Shown: piece by piece, positions 26,750-32,000 of the stretch | Layout of the letters: each line of letters begins with the position of its first letter | How positions within the stretch are numbered: the first letter of the stretch is position 1 | From: Isorropodon fossajaponicum endosymbiont JTNG4 | GTDB taxonomy: Bacteria > Pseudomonadota > Gammaproteobacteria > PS1 > Pseudothioglobaceae | Direction of reading: 5' to 3' | DNA: 32,000 bases | NCBI RefSeq assembly: GCF_016592615.1 | Contig: NZ_AP013043.1 | Location: 900,001 to 932,000 of the forward strand | Position numbers and translations under genes: made by a program | The notes under the pieces: model-generated | Seen by the model: only the letters and a program-made list of their open reading frames with translations | What the model was told of the DNA's origin: nothing | Database searches by the model: none

Positions 26750-28015
26750 ATGAACAACCAACAAGTTGATTGTAGATGTGACACAATACCACAACCCTTA
26801 CTTTCTATTGATGAGGTTTTAAAAATATTAATAGATTCTGCTAAAGTTACCAATAACACTCAATTAATAGGGCTTGATGATGCATTAAACAGAATGCTAG
26901 CTATTGATATACATGCCAATATTTCTGTCCCTAGTTTTGATAATTCTGCCATGGATGGCTACGCCATTAATCTTAAAGAAAATCAAATAAACACACCTGG
27001 TGGATTTGCATTTGAAATTACCGACCGTATTCCTGCAGGCAGCACTGGAGATGCACTAGCACCAGGTTGTGCAGCACGTATATTTACAGGTGCGCCCATA
27101 CCAAAAAATGCTAATACAGTGCTCATGCAAGAGGAATGCGAGTTGATTGAAAACAAATTAAAAATTGAAGTTTATCGACCCATTTCGCTGGGTGAAAACA
27201 TCAGGCCTATGGGCAATGACATCCAATCAGGTGATGTTATCTTACCCAAAGGAAAACAACTACAACCACAAGATATTGCGCTGGTTGCCTCTGTGGGCAT
27301 AGACAAACTTAGAGTATTTCATAAAATTAAAGTCGGTGTGTTTTTCACGGGTGATGAGCTGGTTAAACCTGGAGACGTATTACAACAAGGGCAAATTTTT
27401 AACTCTAATCGCTATTCATTAGTGGCACTACTAAACAAACTTGGTTGCGAAGTTGTCAACTTAGGCAACATTAAAGACACCTTTAATGCTACTTGTGATG
27501 CCCTAAAAGCATTAAAATCTGATTGTGATTTAATCATAACCACAGGTGGCGTATCTGTTGGTGAGGAAGATTATATTAAGCCTGCTATAGAACAACTAGG
27601 TCAATTAAACCTATGGCGCATTAAGATAAAACCAGGCAAGCCACTTGCTTTTGGCAACCTAGGACATTGCGCTTTTATTGGACTGCCGGGCAATCCAGTT
27701 TCTGCCATGGTAACTTTTTTACTCTTTGCTCGGCCTTTTATTAAAAAAATGCAAGGTGCAAGTTACTATCTAAATACTGCTTTTAAAGCTCAAGCAAACT
27801 TTGATTGGCACAAGCCAAAACCTAGACGTGAATTTGTACGTGTGCGCCTTGACCATACAACCTTCCCCACCAAGGCCAATCTGTATCCCAAACAAGGCTC
27901 TGACGTGCTGAGTTCCATGGTGTGGGCAGATGGATTGATAGAAATTCCAGAAAAAACCACTTTTAAACGAGGTAAAGTTCTAAACTTTTACCCACTAAAT
28001 GAGATGTTATTATGA
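26750..28015 (+). CDS. moeA: Molybdopterin molybdotransferase
   Basis: 421 aa. [43 protein letters not shown] and GLPGNPVSA are MoeA motifs. Confidence 0.9.
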   Translation: MNNQQVDCRCDTIPQPLLSIDEVLKILIDSAKVTNNTQLIGLDDALNRMLAIDIHANISVPSFDNSAMDGYAINLKENQINTPGGFAFEITDRIPAGSTGDALAPGCAARIFTGAPIPKNANTVLMQEECELIENKLKIEVYRPISLGENIRPMGNDIQSGDVILPKGKQLQPQDIALVASVGIDKLRVFHKIKVGVFFTGDELVKPGDVLQQGQIFNSNRYSLVALLNKLGCEVVNLGNIKDTFNATCDALKALKSDCDLIITTGGVSVGEEDYIKPAIEQLGQLNLWRIKIKPGKPLAFGNLGHCAFIGLPGNPVSAMVTFLLFARPFIKKMQGASYYLNTAFKAQANFDWHKPKPRREFVRVRLDHTTFPTKANLYPKQGSDVLSSMVWADGLIEIPEKTTFKRGKVLNFYPLNEMLL

Positions 28016-28539
28016 GTGACAAGCGACACACAGCGGTCCAAGTGGGTAAATTAACCCATATTAACCAAAAAGGTCATGCACAAATGGTTGATGTGTCTGA
28101 TAAACAAGTTACCACGCGTGAAGCAACAGCCATGGCTGTGGTTAGTATGAAACAATCAACCCTTGAGTTGATATTATCTGGCTCAAATGCTAAAGGGGAT
28201 GTACTTGCTGTAGCGCGTATTGCTGGCATCTGCGCTGCTAAAAAATGCTGGGATTTAATTCCACTTTGCCACCCTTTAATGCTGTCAAAAATAACGGTTG
28301 AGCTGATGCCTAATGAAAAAAATGCCACGATTGAAATTAAAACGCTTGTTAAACTTGACGGTAAAACTGGCGTAGAAATGGAAGCACTCACCGCAGCAAG
28401 TGTAGCAGCGCTAACTATTTATGATATGTGCAAAGCAGTAGATCGCTTTATCAAAATTGGAGACATTCAATTACTAGAAAAAAAGGGCGGAAAATCTGGC
28501 CATTGGATAAACGACACAGCAATCCAGACGGAAACTTGA
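28012..28539 (+). CDS. moaC: Cyclic pyranopterin monophosphate synthase
   Basis: 175 aa. [52 protein letters not shown]. It has a 4-nt overlap with moeA. Confidence 0.9.
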   Translation: MSDKRHTAVQVGKLTHINQKGHAQMVDVSDKQVTTREATAMAVVSMKQSTLELILSGSNAKGDVLAVARIAGICAAKKCWDLIPLCHPLMLSKITVELMPNEKNATIEIKTLVKLDGKTGVEMEALTAASVAALTIYDMCKAVDRFIKIGDIQLLEKKGGKSGHWINDTAIQTET

Positions 28540-29537
28540 AAATATCTAAGTTAATTGACAAATTTGGTAGAGAAATTAACTACCTAAGACTTTCAGTGAC
28601 TGAACACTGCAACTATCGATGTTTTTATTGTCGTGATGATGAACACACACCAAATTGCAAACGTGAAGACATTCTAAGTTATGAAGATATTGAAAAAATT
28701 GTTCAACTTTTTGCACAATTAGGCATTACCAAAGTTAGATTAACAGGGGGCGAACCACTACTACGAAGAGGTATTTCTAAAATTGCTAAACTCATCAGTC
28801 ATGTTGATGGCATTGATGATGTTCCCTTATCAACCAATGCACATTTATTAGAAAAATTTGCTGGAAAGCTTTATCAAAATGGCATCAATAGAGTAAACAT
28901 TTCTATTGATTCACTCATCCCTAAAAGGTTTGAAGAAATTACTCGTGATGGCGATTTAACACAAGTTATTAAAGGCATTGATGCGGCAATACAGGTAGGC
29001 ATGAACCCAATTAAACTTAATGTAGTAGCAATGCGTGGCGTTAATGACGATGAAATCGAATCAATGATTAATTTTGCCATTAATAAAGGCATTGATATCC
29101 GCTTTATTGAAACCATGCCAATCGGTTTGTCAGGCATAGAAGCACTCGCTCAACACGTTAGTGAAAAAGACATTCTTGCTAAAATCAACAAATACCTAAA
29201 CAATCAATTAACCCCCATCACATCTAATAAAACTGCCGGCCCTGCTCATAATTTTAAAATTAAAGGCACAAACTCTACAGTAGGCATAATCAGTGCCATA
29301 TCAAACCATTTTTGCCAAACTTGTAATCGTGTTAGGCTGACTGCCAAGGGTGATTTAATCTTATGTCTAGGGCAAGAAGATTCAATTTCTTTAAAAGATG
29401 CCGTACGTTCAAATTTAACGGATGATGAAATTAAACGCATGATCCTAAATGCAATCAATAAAAAACCTGAAAAGCATGAGTTTAACTCTGTTATTGACAA
29501 TATCAGCAACCGGCAAATGGTAGAAATTGGCGGGTAA
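28536..29537 (+). CDS. moaA: GTP 3',8-cyclase (radical SAM)
   Basis: [27 protein letters not shown] (CxxxCxxC), [12 protein letters not shown], and the C-terminal [19 protein letters not shown] cluster. I infer a TTG start at 28536 overlapping the moaC stop, giving ~333 aa. The track ORF start at 28428 lies 112 nt inside moaC and has no other Met. Confidence 0.85.
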   Translation: MKISKLIDKFGREINYLRLSVTEHCNYRCFYCRDDEHTPNCKREDILSYEDIEKIVQLFAQLGITKVRLTGGEPLLRRGISKIAKLISHVDGIDDVPLSTNAHLLEKFAGKLYQNGINRVNISIDSLIPKRFEEITRDGDLTQVIKGIDAAIQVGMNPIKLNVVAMRGVNDDEIESMINFAINKGIDIRFIETMPIGLSGIEALAQHVSEKDILAKINKYLNNQLTPITSNKTAGPAHNFKIKGTNSTVGIISAISNHFCQTCNRVRLTAKGDLILCLGQEDSISLKDAVRSNLTDDEIKRMILNAINKKPEKHEFNSVIDNISNRQMVEIGG

Positions 29538-29571
29538 AACAATACCTAAAAAATCTTACTATAAATAAATT

Positions 29572-29808
29572 ATGAAAATTTTATATTTTGCTTCACTTAA
29601 AGAATCCCTTAAACTGTCCAGTGAAGAGATTATTCTTGCTACTAACACCACAACAGCACAATTAAAAAAACAGCTTATTGATAAACATGGCGAGCATTAT
29701 TTTCCAAACAATGTTCTTTGTGCGGTCAATCAAGAAATTGCTAATGATACGGTTATTATCAGTGAAACAGATGAAGTAGCCTTTTATCCACCGGTAACTG
29801 GTGGATAA
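29572..29808 (+). CDS. moaD: Molybdopterin synthase sulfur-carrier subunit
   Basis: 78 aa, ubiquitin-like ThiS/MoaD pattern, ending in the diagnostic ...YPPVTGG. Confidence 0.9.
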   Translation: MKILYFASLKESLKLSSEEIILATNTTTAQLKKQLIDKHGEHYFPNNVLCAVNQEIANDTVIISETDEVAFYPPVTGG

Positions 29809-29840
29809 ATAATATCTTTAGTTTCTTATGAACAACCTGA

Positions 29841-30932
<1,092 letters not shown>

Positions 30933-31129
30933 ACATGACTCATGGCGCGTTGAATGGATACAGAAGAGGATAAATCCAGTTGATAAGCATCAAGGCCTAA
31001 GTTTTTTAACTTCTCAACATCAATGTCACCTCTGGCAGTGGCAAATACTTGATAGCCTTTTTGCTTTAATCCTTTCGCCAAACACAAACCAATACCACTT
31101 GAACAGCCCGTAATTAAAACTGATTTCAC
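30933..31129 (-). pseudogene. Short-chain dehydrogenase/reductase N-terminal fragment truncated by the IS copy
   Basis: (GTG)KSVLITGCSSGIGLCLAKGLKQKGYQVFATARG... is the TGxxxGIG Rossmann motif of classical SDRs. After ~65 aa the ORF reads into IS-derived sequence (YEHYSNFLAVVITIK...). The GTGA start/stop overlaps pcnB. Confidence 0.65.
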
Positions 31130-32000
31130 TGTTGAGCTTTGGTCCAAAATTTAGCCACATCAACCAATTCTGAATTGGTACTCATAGAGCGCAATAATAA
31201 GAAATCGTATGCCATTCTAAAACGTGGATTGCTTAATAATGTTTTGACTTTTTTTGGTTGCATTTTTTCCAATCTTGGTTGCATTAGCCAAATATCTTTA
31301 ATTCTAGTACTTAACCATCTGGGTAACGAGACTTGCTTAATTTGATTAATAATCACCTCTTCAGAAGCCTGAGTCATCGCTAAAGACGAACAACTTTGTT
31401 TGTTTTTAAGCGCAATAAAACGCTCATTGTAGGTCTGCCATAAAAATACAGCAAATAAAAACACAGGTGTGACAGATTGATTTTTTTTAATTCTATCTGA
31501 TGTATTTAACAAGGCTTTTTTAATAAATTCATTCTTATGAGTTTGTTTAAACAAATATTTTAACAAACCATATTTTTCTAAGCGCTCATACACTTCAAAC
31601 CCATATTCATTGTGAAACAATTTAATACACTCTTCATACAGGCGTGCTGCAGAAATATTACCAATAAGTGATGCTTGTTCAAAAATAGCCGATTTAATCT
31701 CATCACTCAGTTGAAACCCTAATTTAGTTTGAAACCTAATGGCTCTAATCATGCGCACTGGGTCTTGTTCAAACCTTATACCTGGATTACCAATAATATG
31801 CACTTCTTTCGCTTTTATATCTTCAAGTCCACCCACATAATCAATCACTTCTTGTGTTTTAATATCATAATAAAGCGCGTTAATATTAAAATCCCTACGC
31901 ACGACATCGTCCTCAATATTACCATAGCAATTATCACGAATAACAACACCATTTTTAGCGGTTTGTATCTTGCCTGACCTAAAAGTAGCCACTTCAATAA
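31126..32000 (-). CDS. pcnB: Poly(A) polymerase I, C-terminal ~290 codons (5' end beyond the window end)
   Basis: VATFR...RDNCYGNIEDDVVRRDFNINALYY...YVGGLEDIKAKEVHIIGNPGIRFEQDPVRMIRAIRF...PRFRMAYDFLLLR is collinear with E. coli PcnB. The Met at 31992 given in the track is internal. Confidence 0.85.
   Translation of the reverse strand, partial: IEVATFRSGKIQTAKNGVVIRDNCYGNIEDDVVRRDFNINALYYDIKTQEVIDYVGGLEDIKAKEVHIIGNPGIRFEQDPVRMIRAIRFQTKLGFQLSDEIKSAIFEQASLIGNISAARLYEECIKLFHNEYGFEVYERLEKYGLLKYLFKQTHKNEFIKKALLNTSDRIKKNQSVTPVFLFAVFLWQTYNERFIALKNKQSCSSLAMTQASEEVIINQIKQVSLPRWLSTRIKDIWLMQPRLEKMQPKKVKTLLSNPRFRMAYDFLLLRSMSTNSELVDVAKFWTKAQQ

Noticed and set aside
28428-28535. The track's upstream extension of moaA ([13 protein letters not shown]...).
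   Set aside because: It overlaps moaC by 112 nt and has no MoaA homology. The conserved MoaA N-terminus begins at the TTG at 28536, which overlaps the moaC stop.

Overview
AT-rich (roughly 35-40% GC by eye), tightly packed gammaproteobacterial-type chromosome segment. The style resembles a compact sulfur-oxidiser or symbiont genome, but that taxonomic guess is low confidence. All calls rest on my own reading of the ORF translations and both strands; no searches were run.

Layout:
- 1-2966: a TolC-family outer-membrane gene preceded by a type I secretion Ig-repeat adhesin gene broken into three frames.
- 3304-4662: a decayed IS3-family (IS407/IS2-like) element that truncates a frameshifted O-antigen-ligase-like gene.
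- 4741-6408: glnS.
- 6432-10315: a visibly more AT-rich LPS/LOS-modification locus (O-antigen ligase family, TagF-like glycerophosphotransferase, GT25 glycosyltransferase, one orphan ORF).
- 10444-12760: a nest of IS debris. It holds an IS5-type remnant, a ~1.3 kb IS3-family element with perfect 27-bp inverted repeats, an IS407-like internal fragment and a PLP-decarboxylase pseudogene.
- 12764-18313: a co-directional housekeeping block followed by three plus-strand genes (small membrane protein, divergent TrpD-like protein, Rieske/NirD-like protein, SLT lipoprotein, membrane-anchored cold-shock-domain protein, tpm, thioredoxin-like, ung, pdxB).
- 18310-25337: a nitrate-assimilation operon on the minus strand: nirB, narK, a PP2C-phosphatase/Ser-Thr-kinase fusion, and an unusually short nasA-like molybdoenzyme. 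It is preceded by a leader with a terminator-like hairpin.
- 25632-29808: molybdenum cofactor genes moaE, mobA, moeA-moaC-moaA-moaD.
- 29841-31129: an HPP-family pseudogene, a second doubly truncated copy of the IS3-family element, and a truncated SDR gene.
- 31126-32000: the 3' part of pcnB.

I saw no rRNA, tRNA or CRISPR array.

Most interesting observations:
- The miniaturised but uninterrupted NasA-like ORF.
- The kinase/phosphatase fusion embedded in the nas operon.
- The nirB leader attenuator-like structure with no antiterminator gene in the window.
- A Rieske plus degenerate TrpD-like gene pair.
- Two direct IS repeats bracketing the entire nitrate-assimilation and Moco region.

I did not find a clear novel multi-gene defence or toxin system.
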